The notes beneath the pieces were generated by a model. That model had not been told where the DNA came from and made no database searches. It was given only the letters and a program-made list of their open reading frames with translations. The position numbers and the translations under genes were made by a program. A stretch of 64,000 bases of DNA, from the NCBI GenBank assembly GCA_000002445.1, contig CP000067.1, positions 1,088,001 through 1,152,000 on the forward strand. The letters run 5' to 3'. Shown here one piece after another: positions 9,801 through 20,502 of the stretch. The stretch comes from Trypanosoma brucei (taxonomy: Eukaryota). Position 1 is the stretch's first letter. Each line of letters starts with the position of its first letter.

Positions 9801-12680
9801 CTAAACTGCTGTGGCCAGTTTATTCTCGACCACCCTCAGTACATCATCCATCCCCAGTTTCTTCGCTTTTTCTTCAACAAATCGCCACACAACTGGCGAT
9901 GCCCGCACCCGCCTCAGCGGTGTCCGTTGAAGCAAGCACACAAACTTCCCAAGATCTTCACGCGTAAGCAGTAATTCGCGCGGAGGCCGAAGGACAATGC
10001 TGTTCCCCTCCGTAATGACCTCCTCCCCACCACCGTCCAGCTTAGCGATAATACTTCTGCTGAGATGCCGTTCCACAGCTGGCTTTAGAGCATTGGAGAA
10101 AGCTTGAGCGAAAAGGTCTGCCGCCTCAAGCACATCGAAAGCACTAACTTCTGTTAGTGCCTGCTTGAAGTCCACTTGCAGAACGCCAGGTGTGGGGCGG
10201 TACTGACCGTAGGTGTTATAGTCGTTTACGATAAGGATGCGGTGAAGGGTTTCGCGCACGTCAATGTCCAACTGGCTGTAATATTCGTCATCACCTTCTG
10301 CATCATTTACACGACGCCGTTCAGCACAAAGCCGTTCAATATGCCCCGACACGTCCGGATGTTGTTGCTGTCGGCAAAGATCCGTGAAGACGTCAACGTG
10401 CGTCAATGAAACGATATGTAACTTCATTAGAAGGTACATTCGCTCTGCAAAGAATTCCATCAAGCGGGTGAGTGGGTCCAACGCCTCAAGTGGCACATCG
10501 TCCTTCATTTGAATCTTTAATAAAACAACTGCAACGGCACACATATCCCCAGGTCGTATTGGGGATAACGTGGTCATTGCACACGCAGCGGCATCAGCGC
10601 TATCGCTACTTTTCCCATCAGAGTGGCTGAACGAGGCCGAGCTGGAGTACACTGCCTCACATAACGATATGAGCTTTACAAGGTTGCGGGGTACCGGTAC
10701 GTCAGGCGGCGCCACCAGGCGGACCATTTGCAGCACATCTGCGGGTACAACATTTGTTGGACCAAGGCTATCGGCCATGAAGTCGATGACAGGTTCGATG
10801 AGGTCCAAATCCGTCGTCCTGAAGAGAGACATGGCGCGAAGTAAACGTGTAAAACTCGGTGGTGGGAAGGCCCGCAATGTGGGAAGAATGAGCGGCACAG
10901 TTGTGGGTCGTAAGTACTGTTGATGCGGTGCGCCAAAGCGTGCAAGAACAAGGAGAAGCTTGGTAAACATTGACGGTTTTAGTTCCGTTAGCCTCTTGAA
11001 CCGCTCCCGTGCTCTCAGGTTCTGTAGCAGATGCGGGTCCAAATCCCCGATGAATGCGACGTCGGAAGCTCCTTCAGATGTGTGTGTTGCCTTTAAATCC
11101 CCCGCGCCAGTAGTATTAGTTACAGTTGGGTTAGAACTACTTGTGGAGCCACCGCATCCGCTCTCATTAGTCGCACCGTTTTCGTTGGTCGTAGCGGCGG
11201 TAATGTTAGAGCTGCCTTGAAGTTGGGCCAAGCGCAGCCGTTTCTTCTCCGCTTTAATGTTGGAATCAATTGTCTCCAAAATGCAGTCCGCAAGAAACCG
11301 AAAAGTGTTCATCTGATCGTGGCCCATTTTGTAAAGGTTAACGGACGCTCGGTAACTAGGCAATGAGCCTAACTTTTTCCGTTTGTTGAGCACAGCAAAA
11401 CGCCGACCTAAGAGCGCCAGGAAACGTTTAGGTGGAACGATCTTAGCGCGAGCAAAAGCCGTGAGCACACGCACCAATTCGTGTGGATCTTTGTAGTGAT
11501 TAATGTGGTGAACTAAAAACATACCCATCGCCTGAAAGAATTGCAGGTCCCGCTTTCTACGACCAGCACTCATGCCCATAACAATGATGCACCGCAGCAC
11601 TGTCTCGGGTGACATTTCCTCGGCCGCACGAAGGATGATAAGGTCTGAAGTTTTCTCCTCTGCCTCGTGCACGTACACTGCACCTCCTTGTTCATCATAA
11701 TCATCAGCTTCCTCCTCCACGGCACCACCATCCCTGTTATCATTACCACTCTCCCCCGCAGCCGCCGGCCGCTTGGAGGCGCTCTTTGCCGCCGCGGTTG
11801 CAATAAGTGCAATTCTGTCACGAACCATATCCTTGAAGGTTGTACCGTACCGCACAAGTGTGGAACGGGCCCAGTGGCATTCCACAACATCCAGCAACTG
11901 GCTGACGTGGAATTCATTCAGACGCTCCATGAGAACAGGAAAAAAGATATGTTCCTCATCGGCGGACACCAGCCGTGGGTTCTTCGTCGCACGCAGGTAA
12001 AGAGTCACAGCCTCCACCAACTCCTCTAGGGAAAGCGAGCGCACACAAGCTTGTCGTTCAAGTGTGCTGCGACTCACCGTCATTTCCTCCGCCTGTGACA
12101 AAGGCACCGCGCCCCCTTCTCCTTCATCGTCCCTGTTGGCCAGCAGCGGGTCTGTCGGTTTCCCTGATGGTGGGATCGCCAAGCCCCGCTTCTCCAGCGC
12201 ACCTCCATCATTGTGTCTTTTGTATACGTTTTCCGCTTCAGCCAACGAATTTGTTCCTACACCCTCTTCGTCCCCTTCGGCTTCTAACTCCCCTAAATCG
12301 TCCCCATCGCCTTCCATTCCCGAGTCACCGGAAGTGGAGAAGCGCATGGGTTCCACCATGACACCAGAGAGCGCCGACTGCTTCGACCGAGAGGAAGTTG
12401 TGGATGCCACCTCCTGCTCGAGATCGTGCAGTTCCGCCATTTCCTCATCAGAAGGGACAACGCGCCTGATGCCGCTGCGTCGCGGTTTGGGCGGTGTTGT
12501 GCCATCGCTGTTATCCGTAGAGACGTGGCGACACATAACGTGGCACGCTGACAACCTCTGGTGTAGCGTCTGATAGCCTACAGTCCGACGATAAAGACGG
12601 TACATCAAGCTAATTTTATTGACTTGACCTACAAACACATAATGAGGAGAAGTGGAGGGAGAGAGAGAGTATATCCCCAA
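9801..12680 (-). CDS. hypothetical protein (959 aa) with acidic and Ser/Thr/Asn low-complexity segments
   Basis: 2.9-kb ORF on the unit strand. No recognised catalytic motif. Confidence 0.6.
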   Translation of the reverse strand: MGIYSLSPSTSPHYVFVGQVNKISLMYRLYRRTVGYQTLHQRLSACHVMCRHVSTDNSDGTTPPKPRRSGIRRVVPSDEEMAELHDLEQEVASTTSSRSKQSALSGVMVEPMRFSTSGDSGMEGDGDDLGELEAEGDEEGVGTNSLAEAENVYKRHNDGGALEKRGLAIPPSGKPTDPLLANRDDEGEGGAVPLSQAEEMTVSRSTLERQACVRSLSLEELVEAVTLYLRATKNPRLVSADEEHIFFPVLMERLNEFHVSQLLDVVECHWARSTLVRYGTTFKDMVRDRIALIATAAAKSASKRPAAAGESGNDNRDGGAVEEEADDYDEQGGAVYVHEAEEKTSDLIILRAAEEMSPETVLRCIIVMGMSAGRRKRDLQFFQAMGMFLVHHINHYKDPHELVRVLTAFARAKIVPPKRFLALLGRRFAVLNKRKKLGSLPSYRASVNLYKMGHDQMNTFRFLADCILETIDSNIKAEKKRLRLAQLQGSSNITAATTNENGATNESGCGGSTSSSNPTVTNTTGAGDLKATHTSEGASDVAFIGDLDPHLLQNLRARERFKRLTELKPSMFTKLLLVLARFGAPHQQYLRPTTVPLILPTLRAFPPPSFTRLLRAMSLFRTTDLDLIEPVIDFMADSLGPTNVVPADVLQMVRLVAPPDVPVPRNLVKLISLCEAVYSSSASFSHSDGKSSDSADAAACAMTTLSPIRPGDMCAVAVVLLKIQMKDDVPLEALDPLTRLMEFFAERMYLLMKLHIVSLTHVDVFTDLCRQQQHPDVSGHIERLCAERRRVNDAEGDDEYYSQLDIDVRETLHRILIVNDYNTYGQYRPTPGVLQVDFKQALTEVSAFDVLEAADLFAQAFSNALKPAVERHLSRSIIAKLDGGGEEVITEGNSIVLRPPRELLLTREDLGKFVCLLQRTPLRRVRASPVVWRFVEEKAKKLGMDDVLRVVENKLATAV

Positions 12681-13253
12681 TGTTTTTTATTGGTGTAAAA
12701 AATAAAATAAAATAATAACGTGTGTCCCAAACAGAATAACGCAAACTACGCGACTGGTGTGAACGACACATCGTCGAAAAGAAATCATGCAGCACACTTA
12801 ACAACCCCCCCAGTGCGAGCATACAACTCAGAAATCAGTAAATGCAGACATCTGCGAACAGAGAAAAAGGAACTGTGGAAGCATAAACTGGACCACACAG
12901 CTCCCCTTCATGTTGTGTACGTAACAAATTGCGGCCATGTCCCAAGTCATCATTTCGTGCGATGATGTTTACTTCAAACTTCACTTCGCGGATTAGCTTT
13001 GCCTGGCCTCAGCCTACTGTCGGCCGCGACACATCGATGCGCATGAAGGCGAATCAACTTGTTAGATAAGTGGCACAACTGAAAAGGAACAATCCGCATT
13101 CGCGTGGTTGACGTGATACAGAGACCACGCAAAATCCCACCAAATACCCTCCTCAACTGCACAACTAGCTCCAGTTGCGCACGTATTACCCACATCTCAG
13201 TACCTTTGAGGCTCCTTAATTTGCCTCTTTAGCTGCTCACTCAGCCCTGTGGA

Positions 13254-16064
13254 CTAATAAAGCACCTTCGCTAACATTTCCTGTGCCATTTGCTGCTCCT
13301 GCTCCCCACCAAATCGGCGCGCCAGTTCCACCGTAAAAATCCAGACGAAACGCTGCTGCTTAACCAAGACCAACGACGACTCCTCCATCAGCAGTTGCAT
13401 GAAGTGACGCACTTTTGCTGCGTTACAGCGGCGTTGCCCGAACAAACGGAGCACATCCTCGTCGGTTGAGGTGGCGCTTATATTCGCCCGCCTTATGCGG
13501 CCCTCGACAATAGCGTTAACGCGTCGCTCCACCCACACAGGTAGTGCTCGAGGCGGTGTAGAGGAAATACGGTGAGGCGAACTCAATGGAACGACGCCCT
13601 CAACACAAGAGGCATTGGCTGAAGGAAAAGAAGAAGGCTGAAGATGTACCCGCCACATGGCTCTGGCACCAACAACAATGTTGTACAACCCGACGTGACT
13701 AAACGTGTCATTCAGCCGATCCTCCTCCTTTTGTGTGATCGGCGAGCGCATGATCATCTGCATCTCAAACAAGTAAATTAGCTCATCATACACCTGACGC
13801 GCTGCCCTGCACAGCTCAGCAGTAGAACGGGAGGTCACCTCGCCCACCTCACCAGAATCCTCCAATTCTGCTGCGTTGTACGGGAACTCCGCCATCGGAA
13901 TCAACGTGTCATTCTCTTTATTCAAGACACTCTTCGCAAAAGTTATACGCGCGTTCGCCGCAGCATTGCGCTCCTCCCACAGTTTGATGGATTGCGTATA
14001 TTGAAGTGGCTTTGCGCGCATGCCGAGAATAACCGTGAGCTCAATGAAGCGGGAAACGACGGTCATCGGCACCACGCCCACCTCGAGCATAGCACGCAAC
14101 GGCGCTGCGAGTCTTTCTACACACGAACGTACGTTGACGCCAACAGATGACGATGGGTCGTGGCGACGAGAAAGATCATATAACACTTCCGCCCAACCAA
14201 GCAGCTGCGAGGCTCGCATATACCAGCCATATGTCTTACATAAAGATATGACATGATCAACAAGTGGTGTGAGGGTGAGTTGTGAAAGCAGAACTGGCTT
14301 CTGAAGCGCCGTGCGCAAGACCGCCTTGCTCACGCTAAGCGAAACTGGATAATTCACCCCGCGCCGTACAATTTCATTCGCCATCGATTGCAAAAGCGTT
14401 GGCGAGTCGCAGTGTGTCTTTCGAACAAAAAAAGACAACTGCAACAACTGCCCTCGGTCCAAATAATGTACCATTGGCGCCAGGAGAAAGTCCGATGTCC
14501 TCGCAAGTGATGCATGGAAGTCAACACCCAGTTCGCCCGCGATGCTCAACAGCGAGAGCAACTCCTTCGGAGTGAGGTCCGCTGATTTTTTTACGCGCTG
14601 GGTGATTGTTTGCCTTGACATTGGGCGCTTTTGAGAAGTGGCTTCACATGATCCAATAGCATCCACCTCAAGGGCAATATTTTTTAGAGCCTTGTCAACA
14701 AAGTCGTAAACGGTAGAGACATCGTTGCACCAGCATTCCTTTCGAAGTACTCGTAAAACACGGAATAGCTGCCTAGTTGTAAGTCCAGAAAACACATGAC
14801 CCACCGTATAGTTGCGCTTGGTGTCATTAATATTACCCTCCTTATTATCGTTGTTGCTTTTGATATCGGTTTCCCCACAGTCCTTTCCCTTATCACCAGG
14901 AGCGCTGCAGACGGCAGTGTCACCCTTGTGCCCGCTCTCACATTTCCCCAGCTGCACCGTGTCTCCGAATCTATGCCTCAGCGAGCGATTCAACTGCGCA
15001 AGCCTCCCCACAACACGCCTCCAAAAGTGATTGGGTGCATGTGTGCCCGCTTCATTCACCGACCACATCAAAACTATGATAGGCTCAGGGTTTTGTATTG
15101 TGTTGACGTCAAGGAGCGCCCGTTCTACAATAGAGCTCATGAGCGATATGTGCCCATGAAAGAGCCGCGGGCACTGCGACAGTACCGTCCGCGCGCCATC
15201 TGGTGCAAGCTTACCCTCTCGCAGTAACTCCGCAATCCACGACATAAGGCTGCGCTTCAAAAAAGAAAGGCAACGGCTGCCGGAAAGATCCGTAAATTGT
15301 GCGGGCCAGCGCAGTTTAAGTAACCGAGCGACTTCAATGAGGGGAACCTCGCGCCGCTCAACAACACGTGTAACTTCGTTCAGAAGAATGTCCCGGTGAA
15401 GCACCGGAAGTCGCTGCCGCCGTGCACGAATGACCAAATAGTGGCGTCGCACTGCAGGTATCTTAGAGCGGCAGAGTTTTTCCAGAAGAGCCTCACTGCG
15501 AATATACGCCCGAAGTACCCTGAGGAGCCGCCGTGGGTCTACGGGCTGCGGCGTGACATCGACAGCCACAGTTCCCTCAGCTGCTTCTTTTGTCTCCTCC
15601 GCACAAGCGGCGGTTGTGATGACGGTGCTTCTTTTCGTTTCCCTCTCTGAGGTGCACGCCATCGACATCAGAATTTTTACGGTCCCTGTGACTGTGCGCT
15701 TTCGGGCCCTGCTTTTCGGTGCAAGATATGTGGTACACGCTCCACCTTCCGCTTTCACTTCCCTTTTACTCTGATCAGTGCTAGCAAATGTCGTCGCTGT
15801 CCCCAACGTGTTCGTCCACGTTGAATTGATAGGCTGAAAACCTGCGGCTGTTGCACCCGCCGGGCTCAATGAAGTTATGAAGCGAACATGCATAACACTT
15901 ATCATTGGGCCGCACCCCCGGGGGAGAAGACTAAGACATCGCATATTTTTCTCTACTCTATACTTCTCGCCAATTTTCCGAGGTTCTATGAAAGGGTACA
16001 TAAAAAAAAAAGGCAGCAACTTGTCCTGAAGGCAAAATTTGGCAGAAAACAACTTGCCGAACAA
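13254..16064 (-). CDS. hypothetical protein (936 aa), Leu/Arg-rich helical repeats (possible organellar RNA-binding helical-repeat protein)
   Basis: 2.8-kb ORF. Repetitive amphipathic Leu/Arg-rich segments (e.g. LLRVLRAYIRSEALLEKL). Only suggestive. Confidence 0.6.
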   Translation of the reverse strand: MFGKLFSAKFCLQDKLLPFFFMYPFIEPRKIGEKYRVEKNMRCLSLLPRGCGPMISVMHVRFITSLSPAGATAAGFQPINSTWTNTLGTATTFASTDQSKREVKAEGGACTTYLAPKSRARKRTVTGTVKILMSMACTSERETKRSTVITTAACAEETKEAAEGTVAVDVTPQPVDPRRLLRVLRAYIRSEALLEKLCRSKIPAVRRHYLVIRARRQRLPVLHRDILLNEVTRVVERREVPLIEVARLLKLRWPAQFTDLSGSRCLSFLKRSLMSWIAELLREGKLAPDGARTVLSQCPRLFHGHISLMSSIVERALLDVNTIQNPEPIIVLMWSVNEAGTHAPNHFWRRVVGRLAQLNRSLRHRFGDTVQLGKCESGHKGDTAVCSAPGDKGKDCGETDIKSNNDNKEGNINDTKRNYTVGHVFSGLTTRQLFRVLRVLRKECWCNDVSTVYDFVDKALKNIALEVDAIGSCEATSQKRPMSRQTITQRVKKSADLTPKELLSLLSIAGELGVDFHASLARTSDFLLAPMVHYLDRGQLLQLSFFVRKTHCDSPTLLQSMANEIVRRGVNYPVSLSVSKAVLRTALQKPVLLSQLTLTPLVDHVISLCKTYGWYMRASQLLGWAEVLYDLSRRHDPSSSVGVNVRSCVERLAAPLRAMLEVGVVPMTVVSRFIELTVILGMRAKPLQYTQSIKLWEERNAAANARITFAKSVLNKENDTLIPMAEFPYNAAELEDSGEVGEVTSRSTAELCRAARQVYDELIYLFEMQMIMRSPITQKEEDRLNDTFSHVGLYNIVVGARAMWRVHLQPSSFPSANASCVEGVVPLSSPHRISSTPPRALPVWVERRVNAIVEGRIRRANISATSTDEDVLRLFGQRRCNAAKVRHFMQLLMEESSLVLVKQQRFVWIFTVELARRFGGEQEQQMAQEMLAKVLY

Positions 16065-16184
16065 TCTGGTATCTCGATTTAGTTTCTATACCAAGAAAGA
16101 TACAGGGGACTGAGACGTTAATGGCACCAGCGTCACCGACCACGAGGGGGTAATTAAAGGGTAGTTCGTCTTCAATAGTATACA

Positions 16185-17039
16185 CTAGTCCACGCGACTG
16201 CAGTTAATGCAAGGCGCAGCACCCATGCAGTACATGTGGCACCCCCAACAACGCCACACAATCTGCCGCCCCGGTAGCACGTCTTCCGAAAAGGGCGGTA
16301 GGCTCAGCAAACGTTGTCGCTGATTCAAAAATAGTGGGTTCCGCCGGTTCCTAGCGTGACTCATGAAACCGCGTGCCACAACATACGTTTCACTGCTAGC
16401 AGCGTTGCACTCTGCTGGCCTGTGGACAGAAACATGGCGGAAGTATGCTTTCATGGCGCTAAGCACCTGGTTAAAATGGGCTGACCGCATTGCCTTGGTT
16501 ACAAACGTTGGTCCCTGCGGTTCCGCTTTGGAAGAAGATGCTAAGCCATCCTCTGCGCGAGGAGGCTGACGGGTACCGGCGGGCTGTGAGGATAAAAGAA
16601 ATAGCGCACACGCTAGCCGCAACGCCCCTACTGCCATTTGGTTCTGAGCGTACGTAACAGAGAAGGCAGAGTGTGACTTAGCGACTGACACTCCGTCATG
16701 CAGAACAACGTCCACCTGCCTGTCTGCACCGTCACCGACTCCTCGCCGCTGAATGAACTCTTCCACACTGGCGATAACACGTTTATGATCGTTAATGTTG
16801 CACTGCACCACGTGTAAGTCCCGTGCCGCCTTCATCGGGCGAGTATCAAACGCGATAACAAGTGGTTTTACGGGAGGTCGTGACGTCACATCCTCCGCAG
16901 CTGTCATGCGCTGCAGTGCCACTTCCGAAAACCCTCCCGGTGCAGCGGCGAGGTCCACAACTGTGCGGCAACACCCGCCGAAGAGGGAGAACTTGTCGTC
17001 GAGTTCCAGCAGTTTGTAAGCGGAACGGCACCTGTACAT
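16185..17039 (-). CDS. FtsJ/RrmJ-like ribosomal RNA 2'-O-methyltransferase
   Basis: N-terminus RSAYKLLELDDKF...VVDLAAAPGGFSEV matches the RrmJ SAM-binding signature (RSRAxFKL ... VDLGAAPGGW). Size 284 aa. Confidence 0.8.
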   Translation of the reverse strand: MYRCRSAYKLLELDDKFSLFGGCCRTVVDLAAAPGGFSEVALQRMTAAEDVTSRPPVKPLVIAFDTRPMKAARDLHVVQCNINDHKRVIASVEEFIQRRGVGDGADRQVDVVLHDGVSVAKSHSAFSVTYAQNQMAVGALRLACALFLLSSQPAGTRQPPRAEDGLASSSKAEPQGPTFVTKAMRSAHFNQVLSAMKAYFRHVSVHRPAECNAASSETYVVARGFMSHARNRRNPLFLNQRQRLLSLPPFSEDVLPGRQIVWRCWGCHMYCMGAAPCINCSRVD

Positions 17040-17994
17040 TTGTTTCCCCCTTCCCTACGGACAAAATAAGAGGCGCACTGAGCGTGTCCCTGGGCTACTG
17101 TCTGCGACGCCTTCGTCGCAGCTGATTTGTATGTGCGCAGGAAGCGTAAAGGTGATATTTAAGTAAAGGAACATAAAATATAGGGTAGATATGGAGCTCA
17201 AGAGAGCATAGTGCGGTTTGTTTAGATGCACCCCCTTTTTGTCATATTTTTCACGATGGAATGTGACTAGTGCTGTGGCCGACATTCATGGTTGCTTCGA
17301 CCCTCCTTCCCTGTAATTTATGTTACCCACTCCTCTTCTAAACAAAAGTATTTCAAACTACTCACCTCATAACAAACATGATATATATATAAGTAGTGGG
17401 GTGATAAAGGCTTGGAGTAAGAGAGAGATGAAACCCACGCTTCTCACTCCTGTATACAGCCAGCGGATGCGAAATCGCTAGGGCCCACCGCGTGGCGTAA
17501 ACACAATGTAGGACCGTTCGAACAAGAGAAAATCCCAAAAAGAGGAGGTGGCGCCGGATGAAGTAATTGTGTATGTATGCGTAGTGCTCTCTCCATACTC
17601 AGAAGGGAATAAAAATCTAAAAAATAAGACAAAAGTCAAAAGACGGGTAAAGCTTTGCGCCACTCAACTTAGACAAGTTAAACTGCGATATCAAGGTCTC
17701 CGAAAATGTAAAGCACCTACTGTAACGTACCTGGTGCCAAACCAGTGTAGTTATGGCGTAACACTAGCAACAGCAATGTGTATCTATATCCCTGTACACA
17801 TACATGAAAGTCTACCGAGGGGAGTAGAGGATCCTCCCCTTCTCTATTTATATCTATCCGTGGAGTCTATTCTTGTAGAGAGAGAGAGCTCCCCCTGTCC
17901 AGAAGTACAGCTGCCGTTACCACTTCTTTCCTGCGAGTGTGTATTGGTGGGTCGTATGGTGCCTTTTACACAAACGCGCGACTCTTGCTAGTGA

Positions 17995-20502
17995 CTACAC
18001 GGGGTGTTTCAGTAGAGAATCAAAACAGCGGAGGGTGGCCTCCCGCCATTTCAGAAAACTCGGACTGGCACCCGCTGTGGATAGGCCCAACGTGCCAAAC
18101 ACAAGTAACCCCACCGTTGTGAAGTCGAATGTCAGCAAGCCTGAGGCACCGAGGAGCGGGAGGAGTACGTCCAGTACAAGTCTATAAATACGCAGTGCAC
18201 TAACGGCTTTCACATCGTCATCACCTTCCGTCTTCTTTTGGGAAACTGTTGTGTTTACTCTGCCGCTGAGTTTGGCCTTCTCATTTCGTGAGCGAGTGAG
18301 GAAAGCCTCCTGCGTTTTACGGCCACTCAGTGCGTCTTGAAGATTTCGCCGTTCCTCCTCAAGAAGCTGTCGCACCGAGGGAAGTAGCGCGACGCTGATG
18401 ACACCGGTTTTTTCGATATCCATTACCGCGAAAGCCTTCCGCAAGAGTGTTGTGCGTGTCACCCTCACTTTCCGCTTCACCTCACGGGCGTTGGAAGGGG
18501 CTGTTTCCTGCTCGCACGCCGCGTACACATTCATGTTTACCTTCCACGATGCTACAGTGTAAAGCTGCATCGACTCATAGAACTGTTCGCGCTGCTTTGG
18601 CGTGAGGCGTACGCCGGTAAGGAAGAACAACTCATCTCTCGACGACGGAGGCCAAGCGACGCCGGACAACTCGGCAAACTTTGCCAATGCGTCATCTCGC
18701 ACCTCCTTACTGATATTCTCGAAGCGTGAATTGCCTGTTTTTTCCGTTTTGGGTGGTCGCGGCCGCCTCGCCTTGCGTGTAAGAGGCCACCGACGTTTGT
18801 TCGGACTGGGAATACGCAAGGTTCCGATACCGGTTTCATAGCAGCCCCCCAAATGGTTAGCAGATGGCTTATTTTCATCGGTTAAGCGACCACAACCCGT
18901 CGACATTGCACCCGGCGACGTGTGGGCCCCTCCAGCATTTGTTCTTCCCCTATTCCCCGACCTGTTGCTATCTTTCCGAGTCTTCTTGAAGAGATCAGAA
19001 AAGCAGAGGGGCCTGCTCGTTTGACTCGGCCTCTCTTTTTCAGCCTTTCCCTCCCAAACGTTCGTACCTCCCTCACGTGTGCGCACAATCCGCTCCGTCA
19101 GTTGCACCACTTCTTCCCGCTGGACGTCGTTAAACATTCGCCAGTACTCCGTGTGCACCTTAGCTTGAAGAACCATTTCTTCCACATCGGGGGCCTTCAA
19201 GGAAACTTTGCGTCCCGGCGTTTGTGGGAATGGGAGCGGCAGGAGTGTAGCGGCGTTGGGCACCAAACTAGCTATTGTCTCATTATCTTCCGCGGCTTGC
19301 CTTTCATTCAGGACCCGCCCCCCGGCCAAATTTGTGGTACGCGGGGCCAATCCTCCTTCGGCCGCGGGGCGCAGAGCAGTAGCTCCAGCCTTATTTAGAG
19401 TGTGCTTACCACCCACCTTGTACACGTTGAAGGTTGCGCCCTCTCCCGCTCCGCCGTTAGAGACGTGTTGGGGCGTACTGCCTCTACTGTTCGCCCGTGC
19501 AGACCCCGTCCCTACTTCCTTTGGGCCTTGTGCCTTTTTGGAGACACTAGTCCTTTTAGATTTTCTTTGTGCATTCCCAGACCCGGCGGCACGCTTCGAC
19601 ACTTTCTCTGAAGGGGACTTCGGTGATGGCGAGGTGGAGATCCGTTTTCCACCAGCGGCCAGCGGCACTGGAGGTGACTTCTCTGACGCTTCATCGGCAC
19701 TAGCAATAACAAAGCTTATGCTCTTCTCGGCACTGCTCGTGCCCTCCCCACCACCGGTTACTGGATCTTCAACCACAAAGCTAATGGTGTCATCGTGCGA
19801 GTTTTCCCGCTGGGAGTTAATCTTCTTGCCAATGGACGATTGCGTGTCCTCCACGAAGAAAACAAGGGAGTCATCTGCTGTCTCCATATTCACCAACTGT
19901 TGTCCCCTTACTGCAGATGCACCCCGTTTGGTTTCTGCCATCGAAGTGGTGGACTGCACTTTAAAAGATACGTTACGTGAAGCTCCTTCTGTATGAAACT
20001 GTATAGAATCGCTGTCATCAAAGTCGTCGTCACCTTCCGCGTCACCATGGACAACGAAATGTAAACTTGTCCCCTCAGAGGACTGCCCATGGCTCCTGCG
20101 GGAGGCCTGTGGAACTGCACTGTGAAGCGGAGGACGTTTGGACTCCTGAGTAACAGGGCGGTTACTTATGCTCCTAGAGAGGGCCTTCGCCTCTCCCCTG
20201 GTGCTTGGGGAATCAACGTCTGTTAGCTCTTTGAACTGAAGGGACTCTGTGTGGTCTGAGTCCCCTACGCCCTCATCGTTCAGCACCACAAATTTCGGCG
20301 TTGAGGCCGACGATGAGTACATCTGACCTTTTCGTGCTGTTGGCGACAGTACGCCATGGAGTGGTGGTCTGTTAAACTGCTGAGCAGAACCAGTCTTATC
20401 AACTCCCTGTGGCATAGCCCTTGAGCCGACAGAAACGTTTGGTTCTTCGTTGTCTGTGACCTCGTTAAACTGAATAGATTCCGTGTCGCTCATCTTCTTC
20501 AA
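17995..20502 (-). CDS. hypothetical protein (835 aa) with degenerate internal repeats (S[IL]QF..[ED]..D, ISFV[VI]) and basic Ser/Pro-rich middle
   Basis: 2.5-kb ORF. The repeated short motifs are SIQFNEVTDNEEP, SLQFKELTDVDSP, SIQFHTEGAS, ISFVVEDP and ISFVIASAD. Confidence 0.6.
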   Translation of the reverse strand: MKKMSDTESIQFNEVTDNEEPNVSVGSRAMPQGVDKTGSAQQFNRPPLHGVLSPTARKGQMYSSSASTPKFVVLNDEGVGDSDHTESLQFKELTDVDSPSTRGEAKALSRSISNRPVTQESKRPPLHSAVPQASRRSHGQSSEGTSLHFVVHGDAEGDDDFDDSDSIQFHTEGASRNVSFKVQSTTSMAETKRGASAVRGQQLVNMETADDSLVFFVEDTQSSIGKKINSQRENSHDDTISFVVEDPVTGGGEGTSSAEKSISFVIASADEASEKSPPVPLAAGGKRISTSPSPKSPSEKVSKRAAGSGNAQRKSKRTSVSKKAQGPKEVGTGSARANSRGSTPQHVSNGGAGEGATFNVYKVGGKHTLNKAGATALRPAAEGGLAPRTTNLAGGRVLNERQAAEDNETIASLVPNAATLLPLPFPQTPGRKVSLKAPDVEEMVLQAKVHTEYWRMFNDVQREEVVQLTERIVRTREGGTNVWEGKAEKERPSQTSRPLCFSDLFKKTRKDSNRSGNRGRTNAGGAHTSPGAMSTGCGRLTDENKPSANHLGGCYETGIGTLRIPSPNKRRWPLTRKARRPRPPKTEKTGNSRFENISKEVRDDALAKFAELSGVAWPPSSRDELFFLTGVRLTPKQREQFYESMQLYTVASWKVNMNVYAACEQETAPSNAREVKRKVRVTRTTLLRKAFAVMDIEKTGVISVALLPSVRQLLEEERRNLQDALSGRKTQEAFLTRSRNEKAKLSGRVNTTVSQKKTEGDDDVKAVSALRIYRLVLDVLLPLLGASGLLTFDFTTVGLLVFGTLGLSTAGASPSFLKWREATLRCFDSLLKHPV

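Noticed and set aside
19208-19996. 262-aa plus-strand ORF
   Set aside because: It lies antisense within the 835-aa minus-strand gene. Low-complexity composition. It looks like a mirror ORF.
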